Of a DNA stretch of 64,000 nucleotides, positions 19,138 to 28,913 are shown piece by piece. The notes under the pieces are model-generated. The model was given only the letters and a program-made list of their open reading frames with translations. It had not been told where the DNA came from and made no database searches. Both the position numbers and the translations under genes were made by a program. Each line of letters starts with the position of its first letter. The first letter of the stretch is position 1. The DNA lies in assembly GCA_965208125.1 (NCBI GenBank), contig OZ242320.1, forward strand, positions 320,001 to 384,000, read 5' to 3'. This stretch comes from Candidatus Latescibacterota bacterium. Lineage in GTDB: Bacteria > Latescibacterota > UBA2968.

Positions 19138-20457
19138 ATGAATTTAATCCAAAAAATCGCGCTGTGTACATTTGTCGCGCTTATCGCGTGTGGTGGTAAT
19201 AAACCCACAGAACCAGAAAATGGAGATAATCCCACAGATAGCGGTCTGGATGCACACCGCTTTGATATTACGGAAAACCAGACCAGCGATTTCGGTATGA
19301 ATGCACCTGGTGGACGCGGGGGCAGAATCATTCGGGTGACAAATCTGTTGGCGAGTGGACAGGGATCACTGGAGGCGGCGCTATCTGCATCGGGACCGCG
19401 TATTGTGGTATTCGAAGTGGGTGGGGTAATTGACCTGAACAAAACGCGGTTGAACATTCGCGAACCGTTTGTAACTGTGGCTGGACAAACCGCGCCGAGC
19501 CCGGGCATTACGATTATTCGCGGTGCCATTTTCATTCAAACACACGATGTAATTTTACAACATATTCGCGTGCGACCAGGAGATGCAGGGGAACCCAAAA
19601 GAAGTGGATGGGAGCCAGATGGCATCTCCACAGCGGGTGCTGATGCTTACAATGTGTTGATCGACCACTGTTCGATTTCATGGGCAGTAGATGAAAACTT
19701 GAGCGCGTCTGGTCCAAACACCGAGGGACCGGGTGCGACTTCTCGGCGCATCGCATTTGTCAATTGCATTATCGCCGAATGCCTGAATGATGCATCGCAC
19801 AGCAAAGGCCCGCACTCCATGGGATCGCTGATTCACGACTTCTGCCGAGAAATCGCCATCATCGGCAATTTGTATGCCCACAATGCAAATCGCAACCCGT
19901 ATTTCAAGGCATTTACAACCGGGGTGATCGTGAACAATTTGATCTACAACCCGGGATCCCGAGCGATTCAACTGAGTTTTTCAGATGCCGAATTTAGCGA
20001 TACCAATATTACTCCGCAAAACGCGCGCGTGAGTGTAGTGGGCAATGTAATGATTCACGGTGACAATACGCGGTCAGGACTGGCACTGGTGTCCTCAAAG
20101 GGCGATGCATATCTCGAGGATAATATCGCGCTGGATAGAACAGGGGCTAATGTGCCTTTGACTTCGGGCAATATCCGCATTTTGAATGAAAAACCAATCT
20201 GGGGCAACATCACACCATTGCCCGCATCTGCGGTAGTGGAACATGTGGTGGCAAGCGCGGGTGCGCGTCCGAAAGACCGCGATGAAATTGATCAGCGTAT
20301 TATACGCGAGTTTCTCGAACGCAAAGGCAGGATGATAGATAGCCAGCAGGAGGTGGACGGATATCCCCAGATAAATATGGTCAGACGGCCGCTGGATATT
20401 CCCTCGGATGTGGATGCGTGGTTGGCGCAACTCGCGGCAGAACTTGAAGGAAATTAA
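19138..20457 (+). CDS. Pectate lyase (PL1-like) lipoprotein
   Basis: Lipobox LIAC; GGRGGRIIRVTNL, TVAGQTAP, IDHCSISWAVDE, NRNP. Confidence 0.8.
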   Translation: MNLIQKIALCTFVALIACGGNKPTEPENGDNPTDSGLDAHRFDITENQTSDFGMNAPGGRGGRIIRVTNLLASGQGSLEAALSASGPRIVVFEVGGVIDLNKTRLNIREPFVTVAGQTAPSPGITIIRGAIFIQTHDVILQHIRVRPGDAGEPKRSGWEPDGISTAGADAYNVLIDHCSISWAVDENLSASGPNTEGPGATSRRIAFVNCIIAECLNDASHSKGPHSMGSLIHDFCREIAIIGNLYAHNANRNPYFKAFTTGVIVNNLIYNPGSRAIQLSFSDAEFSDTNITPQNARVSVVGNVMIHGDNTRSGLALVSSKGDAYLEDNIALDRTGANVPLTSGNIRILNEKPIWGNITPLPASAVVEHVVASAGARPKDRDEIDQRIIREFLERKGRMIDSQQEVDGYPQINMVRRPLDIPSDVDAWLAQLAAELEGN

Positions 20458-20487
20458 CCGTTAAAAAAAAAGGGGCGGAGAACACAA

Positions 20488-21360
20488 ATGCAAAAACGAA
20501 CACTTGGACGTACCGGGCACCAGAGCACTGTAGCGACCTTTGGCGCATTCTCGGTTGGATATGTGGATCAGGATGAAGCAGACCGCGCCATACAACTCGT
20601 CCTTGACCACGGCGTAAACCACATCGACATCGCGCCGAGCTACGGACACGCGATGGAACGCGTAGCCCCGTGGATGCCCGACATACGGGACAGTGTATTC
20701 CTCGGCGCAAAAACAAATTGTCGCACGCGCGACGAAGCGTGGCGGGATGTGGAACAAATGATGAAGCGACTAAACGTCGAAAACTTCGACCTGTTCCAAC
20801 TCCATTCAGTCGGCACCATCCCCGAACTGGACAAAGCCACCGCATCGGGCGGCGCACTCGATACCCTGATAGAAATGCGCGAACAGGCTCTAACCAGATG
20901 GCTGGGCATCACCGGGCATGGACCGCAGGTACCGAGTACCATCCTGGAAAGCCTGAGCCGCTTCGACTTCGACACCGTCATGTTCCCCCTGAACCCGGCA
21001 AGCATGCGAGACGCGAATTATCGCCGGGACGCCAAAGCACTACTCGCCGAGGCAAATGCGCGCGACATCGGCATCCAAACAATCAAAATGATCGCACGCG
21101 GCGGCTGGGGTACAAATTCAAAAGACTGCAACACCTGGTACGACCCACACCGGGAACAAAAAGCCATAGACCGGTCCCTGTGGTGGGTCCTGTCCCAGCC
21201 TGTACACACCGCCCCTACCTGCGGCGAAATCAGCCTGTTGCCAAAAGTCCTCAACTCAGCCGAACGATTCGTCCCCCTCACCCCTGACGAACAGGTCGCC
21301 GCCATCGCCGCACAGCGACCACCCCAGCCACTTCCAGCGCTGGCGATTCCCGAAGAGTGA
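20488..21360 (+). CDS. Aldo/keto reductase
   Basis: KRTLGRTG, IDIAPSYG, DLFQLH, LGITGH. Confidence 0.85.
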   Translation: MQKRTLGRTGHQSTVATFGAFSVGYVDQDEADRAIQLVLDHGVNHIDIAPSYGHAMERVAPWMPDIRDSVFLGAKTNCRTRDEAWRDVEQMMKRLNVENFDLFQLHSVGTIPELDKATASGGALDTLIEMREQALTRWLGITGHGPQVPSTILESLSRFDFDTVMFPLNPASMRDANYRRDAKALLAEANARDIGIQTIKMIARGGWGTNSKDCNTWYDPHREQKAIDRSLWWVLSQPVHTAPTCGEISLLPKVLNSAERFVPLTPDEQVAAIAAQRPPQPLPALAIPEE

Positions 21361-21500
21361 ACCACCCCCATAACCTCTTGCCAGACACGCAAAACTTTGG
21401 CATCATGCAAAAAAAAGCGTTGGACTCTGGGCTTTTTTCCTTCTATGGGCCAAGCCAGATCTGACAAACAACCATCCTTAAATCGAAAAGGAGTTTATCC

Positions 21501-21923
21501 ATGCTCAAGCAAATAGTCGGTGCAATTCTACTTATTGTAGGAGTAGCAGTTGCCATCCACACCGTAGTAGAACCGCTCTATCACGCCTCCAGTGACGGGC
21601 AGCCATACAGTCCGTTTTGGGACATCTTGAATCTGTTGATGATACTATCAATTATACTGGGCCTGATATTCGGATACATCCGCAAGAAAGGCGTCGATAG
21701 CGGCGACGCGATTACCCGCGAATACCTCGCCGCCAACATCCAGTTCTACGGCCTATTATTCGTCGGCATCCTGTTTTTTTGGAACTATTTCAATCTTCAC
21801 AGTGAAGCATTTACCGCAATAGGCGAAGAAACCGTATCCCTCGTGTGGATACTCATCGACGCCAGTCTCCCGCTACTTTTAGGCGCAACGGGCCTGTCTC
21901 TGCTACGCAGCAACGACGAGTAA
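21501..21923 (+). CDS. Hypothetical 4-TM membrane protein
   Basis: AAGGAG RBS; four hydrophobic segments; 1 nt before crcB. Confidence 0.7.
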   Translation: MLKQIVGAILLIVGVAVAIHTVVEPLYHASSDGQPYSPFWDILNLLMILSIILGLIFGYIRKKGVDSGDAITREYLAANIQFYGLLFVGILFFWNYFNLHSEAFTAIGEETVSLVWILIDASLPLLLGATGLSLLRSNDE

Positions 21924-21924
21924 A

Positions 21925-22293
21925 GTGGCGCAGCTATTATTCATAGCTGGTGGAGGTGCTCTGGGAGCCTTATTGCGCTATGGCATGTCCATGAGCATAC
22001 ACATCCTGTTCGGACGCGGCTTTCCCTATGGCACGCTCACGGTCAACGTCACCGGATCAATCCTCATGGGACTCCTTTACGTATGCCTATCTGAATATAT
22101 GGATATGCCCTGGCGCGATGGCTTGCTAATAGGTCTCCTGGGGGCGTTCACCACTTTTTCGACCTTTTCCATCGAAACCCTGCACCTCCTCGAAACGAGC
22201 CACCCTGTACTCGCATTGCTGAACATCCTCTTAAGTGTCACCCTCTGCATCGCGGGGTGCTGGATCGGCATTGTAATCGGACGGGTACTATAA
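21925..22293 (+). CDS. crcB: Fluoride efflux channel Fluc/CrcB
   Basis: GGALGALLRY, FPYGTLTVNVTG, GLLGAFTTFSTFS. Confidence 0.9.
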   Translation: MAQLLFIAGGGALGALLRYGMSMSIHILFGRGFPYGTLTVNVTGSILMGLLYVCLSEYMDMPWRDGLLIGLLGAFTTFSTFSIETLHLLETSHPVLALLNILLSVTLCIAGCWIGIVIGRVL

Positions 22294-22403
22294 AGGGGTT
22301 CATCATACTAAAAAAATGAAATCTGAAAGAACACTCTGACCAATGGCGTGTATAAACAGCACAGACAGAAGACAGTTACAGACACCACACAAAGGAGAAT
22401 TTC

Positions 22404-23627
22404 ATGGTCAAACGCATCATCGCCATTGGCATCATCTTTTTCTGCATCGCAGTAGGCTGGATTATTCTGAGTGCCACCGTCCACATACGCACAGAGGAAC
22501 AGGACGACAAGCTCAAAAATGCTGTGGGGCAACTCTGGGGCACAGCGCAGACCCAGCGAGCTCCGCAAATCTACTGGCTGGAGCGCGTCACCCATATCGA
22601 AACTATCGACGGCGAGTCTGTCTCACGCACAGTAGATGAAAAACACTTCCTGAATCTCAAAGCCAGTCGCATTGAAGTTGACCTGTCTCTGGATCACCGG
22701 CGCAAAGGCTTGCTGTGGTATTCCACCTATCAGGTGCAATTCACAGCCTCGTACACCATGATCAACCCCACCGACCAGAACCGGCACCTGTCCTTTGACC
22801 TGGAACTGCCCGCACCTAACGCAGTGTACGACAACTTCACCTTAACCGTTGACGGCCAATCCATTGCCGAACTCCCAATCCGCAACGGCCATTTAATCCA
22901 ACCCATCGATCTATCACCTGGGCAGGAACTCTCCATTGATCTGTCCTATCATTCCCAGGGCCTGGACCAATGGCGGTACAGTTTTGGGGACCACGTCAAT
23001 CAGGTATCGGACTTTGAACTGGTGATGCACACGGACTTCGCCGCCATTGACTTTCCCCAGGATAGCATGTCTCCCACCTCGAGGACCCGCAATGGCGACA
23101 CCTGGACCCTGACGTGGAAATACAACCATCTCCTCACCGGTATTGACCTGGGCATGATCCTTCCAGCCCGTCTCAATCCCGGACCCTGGGTCGGCAAAGT
23201 CGTTGCCGCCGCCCCCATCTCCCTCTTTCTTTTTTTCTTTTTGCTCTTTATCTTTTCCATTGTGCGCGGCCTCGACCTGCACCCGATGCACTATTTCTTC
23301 ATCGGTGCCGCCTTCTTCAGTTTTCATTTGCTACTGGCTTATCTGGTTGACCACCTGATCATCCACTACGCATTTGTCCTATCTTCGGCGGTCTCCATTG
23401 CCCTCGTCATCTCGTACATGAGGCTGGTCCTGGGCACGCGCCTGGCATTTGTCGAAATTGGCCTGGGGCAATTTGTCTATCTCGTACTCTTTTCCTACAC
23501 CTTTTTCTTTCCCGGCTATACCGGACTGGCCGTCACCCTCTTGTGCATTGCGACCCTGTTCGCTGTCATGCAATTCACCGGCCGCATCGACTGGAACGCG
23601 GTATTTAATAAGGAATCATCTCGATGA
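22404..23627 (+). CDS. CreD-like inner membrane protein
   Basis: One N-terminal TM, a large soluble domain and about 6 C-terminal TMs; LHPMHY, FHLLLAYLVDH; AAGGAG RBS. Confidence 0.65.
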   Translation: MVKRIIAIGIIFFCIAVGWIILSATVHIRTEEQDDKLKNAVGQLWGTAQTQRAPQIYWLERVTHIETIDGESVSRTVDEKHFLNLKASRIEVDLSLDHRRKGLLWYSTYQVQFTASYTMINPTDQNRHLSFDLELPAPNAVYDNFTLTVDGQSIAELPIRNGHLIQPIDLSPGQELSIDLSYHSQGLDQWRYSFGDHVNQVSDFELVMHTDFAAIDFPQDSMSPTSRTRNGDTWTLTWKYNHLLTGIDLGMILPARLNPGPWVGKVVAAAPISLFLFFFLLFIFSIVRGLDLHPMHYFFIGAAFFSFHLLLAYLVDHLIIHYAFVLSSAVSIALVISYMRLVLGTRLAFVEIGLGQFVYLVLFSYTFFFPGYTGLAVTLLCIATLFAVMQFTGRIDWNAVFNKESSR

Positions 23628-25060
23628 GTATATCAGTAGAGAAAATCGATCTCAACGTTTTGAACATGCATACGCGATTCCCGTTTAAATACGGAATAGC
23701 ATCGCTCGTGGCATTGCCCCATTTATTTGTGCGGGCGCGGGTCAAAGTCGATGGAAAAACAGAAATTGGATTGGCCGCAGAGGGATTGCCGCCAAAGTGG
23801 TTCACCAAAAATCCAGACGCGCCATTTGAGTCCGATCTCGATGAAATGCTCACCGTTATCCAAAATGCCTGTGATATCGCCCTGCACAGCGATGCAGAAA
23901 ATTCGGTATTTGATCTCTGGCAGACCATTTATGCCAAACAGCGCGCGTGGGCAAAAACAACGGCCTATCCGCCGCTCTTATGGTCATTCGGCGTCAGCAT
24001 GGTCGAACGCGCAGTAATCGACGCCTTTTGTCGGGCAAAAGGCGTGACATTTGCACAAGCTGCAAAAGAAAATGCATTGGGCATTCGCCTTGCAGACATC
24101 CACAGCGAATTGCACGGCAATGAACCCGGCGACCTCTTGCCACACGCGGCGCGGCGATCAATCACCGTGCGGCACACCGTGGGCCTCGCCGATCCATTGA
24201 CCGATGAAGACATCGCGGACGAAGATCGCGTAGATGATGGCCTGCCGCAGTCATTGGCCGCAAATATCGAAGCCTATCAGTTGACACACCTGAAAATTAA
24301 ACTGTGCGGCGATGCAGAACAGGACCTTGCTCGTCTTCGGCAAATCGCGGGCCTGATGCCCGATCAATGCGCCTTCACACTCGATGGCAACGAACAATAC
24401 ACAGAGGTCGAACCCTTTAGAAAACTCTGGAACACCATCCAGGGCGATACCGTGCTCTCGTCTTTTATGGAAGGACTGATCTTTGTCGAACAACCACTCC
24501 ATCGCGACATGGCCCTCAGTGCAACCGTCAAAGCCGTACTAACAGATTGGACCGATCGCCCCCCGATGATCATCGACGAATCGGACGGCGCGCTCGACAG
24601 TGCAACGCAGGCATTGGACTGCGGCTACGTGGGCACGAGCCATAAAAATTGTAAAGGCATTTTCAAGGGCATTGCCAATGCGTGCTTAATAGCTCATCGC
24701 CAACAACGCGACCCCTCGGGAACATATATCTTAAGCAGTGAAGACCTCGCCAATGTCGGCCCCGTGGCTCTGTTGCAGGACCTCGCGGTACTCGCTGTAT
24801 TGGGCGTAGATCACTCAGAGCGCAACGGACATCACTATTTTGCGGGATTGCACATGTATCCCGAAACCATCCAAAAACAAGTACTCGCGCATCACAGCAC
24901 CCTTTATCGCCAACACGCGCGGGGTTTTCCGATCCTAAATGTACGCGAAGGCTCGCTCAACGTAGAAAGCGTAGTCGAAGCACCTTTTGGTTATGGCTTT
25001 GAACTGGACACCCTTCAATTTACCCCCCTCGCGCACTGGACTATAGATGAACTCGCCTGA
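23624..25060 (+). CDS. Enolase-superfamily (mandelate racemase-like) enzyme
   Basis: LKIKL (KxK), DGNEQY, EQP, DES metal ligands. Confidence 0.65.
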   Translation: MSISVEKIDLNVLNMHTRFPFKYGIASLVALPHLFVRARVKVDGKTEIGLAAEGLPPKWFTKNPDAPFESDLDEMLTVIQNACDIALHSDAENSVFDLWQTIYAKQRAWAKTTAYPPLLWSFGVSMVERAVIDAFCRAKGVTFAQAAKENALGIRLADIHSELHGNEPGDLLPHAARRSITVRHTVGLADPLTDEDIADEDRVDDGLPQSLAANIEAYQLTHLKIKLCGDAEQDLARLRQIAGLMPDQCAFTLDGNEQYTEVEPFRKLWNTIQGDTVLSSFMEGLIFVEQPLHRDMALSATVKAVLTDWTDRPPMIIDESDGALDSATQALDCGYVGTSHKNCKGIFKGIANACLIAHRQQRDPSGTYILSSEDLANVGPVALLQDLAVLAVLGVDHSERNGHHYFAGLHMYPETIQKQVLAHHSTLYRQHARGFPILNVREGSLNVESVVEAPFGYGFELDTLQFTPLAHWTIDELA

Positions 25061-25071
25061 GAGTTAAAACA

Positions 25072-26433
25072 ATGACCATAAACTGGCACCACATCGAAAA
25101 AGAAGTAACGAATTTCTTACAGCACCTGATTCGGTGTAACACGACCAATCCCCCGGGCAATGAAATCCTGTGTGCAAATTATATTGCCGATGTATTGAAG
25201 CGCGAGGGCATTGACCCCACGATCACAGAATCAGAACCCGGGCGCGGAAATGTCACGGCGCGCTTAAAAGGTGGAAATGAGCCCGCACTCATGCTATTAG
25301 GACACACCGATGTCGTCGCCGTAGAACCCGATAAATGGTCTCGTGACCCCTTTGGTGGGGAATTGTACAACGGCTATATCTGGGGGCGCGGCGCACTGGA
25401 CATGAAAAACATGGTCGCGGCAGAACTCATGGTCTTCTTACTCTTAAAACGGCAGGGTGTGACCCTGAACCGCGACGTAATCTATGCAGCAACCGCAGAT
25501 GAAGAGGCCGGCAGAGGAAACCACGGCATTGGTTGGCTCATCGACCACCATCCCGAGCAAGTCGATGCAAAACACGTATTGACAGAAGGCGGAGGCGGTG
25601 ATTTTTATGTAAATGGAAAACACTTTTATACGTGCCAAACGGGACAAAAGGGCATTTTTCGCTTTCGACTAAAAGCAAAAGGACGCCCAGGACACGGCTC
25701 CCGTCCACACCGCGATAATGCAGTCGTCAAACTCAGCCGTGCCATTGCTGCTTTGGGACAGGCAAAACTTCCAATGCACCCCTCTAAAACACTGCGCGCA
25801 TTCTTAGAAGGCATTGCAGCGACACAGGACGATGAGACCGCACAACAGTTGCGCCGCGTACTCGATGAGACAGACAGCGAGAACGCATTGCAAAAATTGC
25901 CCCTCGCGCCAGATATGATTGCCTCACTGCGCGCTCTATTGCACAATACGATTTCGCCGACGATTTTGGAAGCGGGCAGTAAAATCAATGTCATACCCGC
26001 CGAAGCAACTGCGAGGATCGATGGCCGGCTCGCGCCCGGTCAGACCGACAAGAGCTTTGAAGCCGAAATCCGATCCTCGATTGGCGACGAGGTTGAGCTT
26101 ATTGTGGACCAGTATAGCCCACCTTTAGAAGCCAGTACAGATTCGCCCCTATATGAAACCATCGTCCAGATAATGGCAGAACGCGATCCAGACGCCACCG
26201 TAATTCCCGCGCTGATGACCGGAGGCACAGACGCCAAGCATATTTGCCCGCGCTGGCCCCATGTACAGGTTTACGGATTTATGCCCCACCGACAAGCGCG
26301 GGAAGAAAAAGAAATGAATCTGATACACGGTCATAACGAACGCATCTCAGTCGAAAATCTCGTCTTTGCAACGCGCATTTTATACGATATTGTAATGCGA
26401 TTTTGCCAATCCTCACCGGGAGATAACGCGTGA
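25072..26433 (+). CDS. M20/M25/M40 family metallopeptidase
   Basis: LGHTDVV, GRGALDMK, ADEE, GHGS, GGTDAK, IHGHNE. Confidence 0.85.
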   Translation: MTINWHHIEKEVTNFLQHLIRCNTTNPPGNEILCANYIADVLKREGIDPTITESEPGRGNVTARLKGGNEPALMLLGHTDVVAVEPDKWSRDPFGGELYNGYIWGRGALDMKNMVAAELMVFLLLKRQGVTLNRDVIYAATADEEAGRGNHGIGWLIDHHPEQVDAKHVLTEGGGGDFYVNGKHFYTCQTGQKGIFRFRLKAKGRPGHGSRPHRDNAVVKLSRAIAALGQAKLPMHPSKTLRAFLEGIAATQDDETAQQLRRVLDETDSENALQKLPLAPDMIASLRALLHNTISPTILEAGSKINVIPAEATARIDGRLAPGQTDKSFEAEIRSSIGDEVELIVDQYSPPLEASTDSPLYETIVQIMAERDPDATVIPALMTGGTDAKHICPRWPHVQVYGFMPHRQAREEKEMNLIHGHNERISVENLVFATRILYDIVMRFCQSSPGDNA

Positions 26434-27398
26434 AAATTCTGGTGACAGATTATGCCTGGGCAAATCTGGACGTAGAAAAAAGTGTCCTGGATGAAATCGG
26501 TGCCGAACTCATTCCCGCACCCGATGGCGAAGAAGAAACACTTGTCCAATTGGCGCAAGGGTGCTGTGGCATCATGACTTGCTGGGCGCAAACAACGCGC
26601 GCGGTTATCGCATCTGCATTGCCCGATTTACAAGTAATCGTGCGATACGGCGTGGGATTGGACAATATCGATGTGGCGTATGCAACAGAACGAGGTATTC
26701 CCGTAGCCAATGTACCCGATTATTGTTTTATCGACGTAGCCGAGCAAACCATGGCCCTGCTATTGGGGCTTTCGCACAAAGTCGCGCAATTTGACCGGCT
26801 AATTCGCAACGGCACCTGGGATATACAGTCTGGCTTGCCCCTGCGGCGTTTAACCGGACAGGTACTCGGCTTGATCGGATTTGGGCAAATCGCGCGCGAG
26901 GTCGTTCCCCGCGCACGGGCTTTTGGGCTGCACGTATTGGCCTACTCGCGGTCTTTGACACCGGAACAAGCGCGCGCCTGTGGCGTCGAATTCGCAGATC
27001 TGGACACCCTGCTTCGCACATCGGATTTCGTATCGCTTCACTGCCCATCTACCGATGAAACGCGAGACCTGATCAATGCCGATAATCTCGCAAAAATGAA
27101 GCCGACAGCGTGTTTGATCAACACATCGCGGGGCGATATTGTCGATGAAGCAGCACTGCTCGGGGCACTGAAAAATAACACCATTGCGGGTGCTGCCCTC
27201 GACGTGCGATGCCAGGAACCGCCTGAAACAGGAGATCGTTTAATCCACACAGATCAGGTAATTCACAGCCCGCATTCGGCTTTTTATTCGGAAGAATCGA
27301 TCATTGAATTGCAAAAAAAAGCCGCCTGGGAAGCGCGGCGAGTCCTGACGGGAAAAGCACCTGTGCATCTGGTCAATTCGGAATACGAGAAACAGTAA
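26430..27398 (+). CDS. D-2-hydroxyacid dehydrogenase (CtBP/SerA-like)
   Basis: RYGVGLDNID, GLIGFGQIA, INTSRG, ALDV, PHSAFYS. Confidence 0.85.
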   Translation: MKILVTDYAWANLDVEKSVLDEIGAELIPAPDGEEETLVQLAQGCCGIMTCWAQTTRAVIASALPDLQVIVRYGVGLDNIDVAYATERGIPVANVPDYCFIDVAEQTMALLLGLSHKVAQFDRLIRNGTWDIQSGLPLRRLTGQVLGLIGFGQIAREVVPRARAFGLHVLAYSRSLTPEQARACGVEFADLDTLLRTSDFVSLHCPSTDETRDLINADNLAKMKPTACLINTSRGDIVDEAALLGALKNNTIAGAALDVRCQEPPETGDRLIHTDQVIHSPHSAFYSEESIIELQKKAAWEARRVLTGKAPVHLVNSEYEKQ

Positions 27399-27414
27399 CC
27401 AAAGGAGTATCAGT

Positions 27415-28407
27415 GTGAGCAAACCAAAAGTCGGTATTGTCATTCGGAAATCGCTCAGAGAAAGAATTTTGAGTGATCGAGAATTGGAGACATTGGAAAG
27501 TTTTGCAGAAGTGACCATAAACGATGAAGACCGCGATATCGTAGGTGAAGAAGCGGCTGAATTTCTAAAGGACATGGACGGGGCGATGACGAGTTGGAAC
27601 TCGGGAGATTTGACACCTGCGATTCTGGAAGACGTGCCAACGCTAAAAATTTGGGCTTATGGCGCGGGCACTGTAAAGGGAAAAATCTGCGATGAAGCAT
27701 GGGAAAAAGATATTGTGGTGACAAGTGCCGCACCCGCGATAGCCGATGATGTCGCGGAAATGACCATGGGATTCATGACCATGGGATTGCGCCGGGTATT
27801 TTCCCATTCGCGCGCCATGCGAGAAGGCGAAAAAAAACCGGACAAGACCGAATCCCGCTCTCTATATCGGCGCATAGTCGGCGTCATCAGCGCCAGTCAG
27901 GTCGGGCAGCGCGTAATGCGGTTGTTGCGGCCTTATGAAACGCGCACATTGCTCTACGACCCTTTTGTAACGCCAGAACGCGCACGCGAGGAATTTGGCG
28001 CAGAACTCGCGGATCTGGAGACAATAGCGCGCGAGGCAGAAGTCGTAACCGTTCACGCACCCAAATTGGACGCGACGTATCACCTCTGGAATGAGACGCA
28101 TTTCAAACTCATGCGCGACGACTGCGTATTTATCAACACATCGCGCGGTGCAAATATCGACGAAGCCGCGCTGATCGCAGAATTGCAAAAAGGGCGATTC
28201 TCCGCCTTCTTAGACGTAACCGATCCCGAACCGCCTGCTATGGACAGCCCACTGCGCCGTTTGCCCAACGTGGTCTTAACACCGCATTGTGCCGGGCTGC
28301 AATCCTATCGCATCGGCGCACTGGTAGTCGAAGAATTGCGCCGATTTTTTGCAAACGAAGACCAACTGTTTCAAGTCAAACGAGAAATGCTGGATCGGCT
28401 GGCATAG
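27415..28407 (+). CDS. D-2-hydroxyacid dehydrogenase family protein
   Basis: AGTVK, GVISASQVG, YDPF, INTSRG, LDVTDPEP, TPHCAG. Confidence 0.85.
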   Translation: MSKPKVGIVIRKSLRERILSDRELETLESFAEVTINDEDRDIVGEEAAEFLKDMDGAMTSWNSGDLTPAILEDVPTLKIWAYGAGTVKGKICDEAWEKDIVVTSAAPAIADDVAEMTMGFMTMGLRRVFSHSRAMREGEKKPDKTESRSLYRRIVGVISASQVGQRVMRLLRPYETRTLLYDPFVTPERAREEFGAELADLETIAREAEVVTVHAPKLDATYHLWNETHFKLMRDDCVFINTSRGANIDEAALIAELQKGRFSAFLDVTDPEPPAMDSPLRRLPNVVLTPHCAGLQSYRIGALVVEELRRFFANEDQLFQVKREMLDRLA

Positions 28408-28417
28408 GAAGGATATA

Positions 28418-28906
28418 ATGCAAAAACGCGTAGATTATTTATCGTGGGATGAGTATTTTATGGGTGTGGCCTTGCTATCGGCGCACCGCAGCAAAGACCC
28501 CAATACACAGGTAGGCGCATGTATTATCAATGAAAAAAAGAAAATCGTGGGCATTGGATACAACGGATTGCCCATTGGATGTTCAGACGATGAGTTTCCC
28601 TGGAGCAGAGAAGGCGATTATCTCGATACAAAATATCCCTATATCTGCCATGCAGAATTAAATGCAATTTTGAACAAAATCAGCGCAGACTTGCATGAAT
28701 GCACACTTTACGTCACCTTATTTCCGTGCAATGAATGTGCAAAAGTAATTATTCAGTCGGGCATTCGCGAAGTGATCTATCTGGCGAATAAATATCCAGA
28801 GTCCGATTCTGTAAAAGCCACTTGCCGCATGTTTGACAGTGTGGGTATTCGCTATCGCGTTCTAAAAGAACATCGAGAGCGCGTTGTCCTTGATTTCAGG
28901 GTTTGA
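28418..28906 (+). CDS. dCMP deaminase
   Basis: SWDEYFM, RSKDPNTQVGA, GYNG, HAELNAI, PCNEC zinc motifs; ATG at 28418. Confidence 0.9.
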   Translation: MQKRVDYLSWDEYFMGVALLSAHRSKDPNTQVGACIINEKKKIVGIGYNGLPIGCSDDEFPWSREGDYLDTKYPYICHAELNAILNKISADLHECTLYVTLFPCNECAKVIIQSGIREVIYLANKYPESDSVKATCRMFDSVGIRYRVLKEHRERVVLDFRV

Positions 28907-28913
28907 GGCAGTC

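Noticed and set aside
21361-21500. Fluoride riboswitch or terminator upstream of the crcB operon
   Set aside because: No recognisable riboswitch consensus; the AAAAAAGC/GCTTTTTT stem is mostly A-T and weak.
28418-28906. Anti-phage dCTP deaminase or CBASS-like pair with the cyclase
   Set aside because: No N-terminal P-loop kinase domain; it looks like an ordinary dCMP deaminase, and the neighbour is a GGDEF protein, not a CD-NTase.
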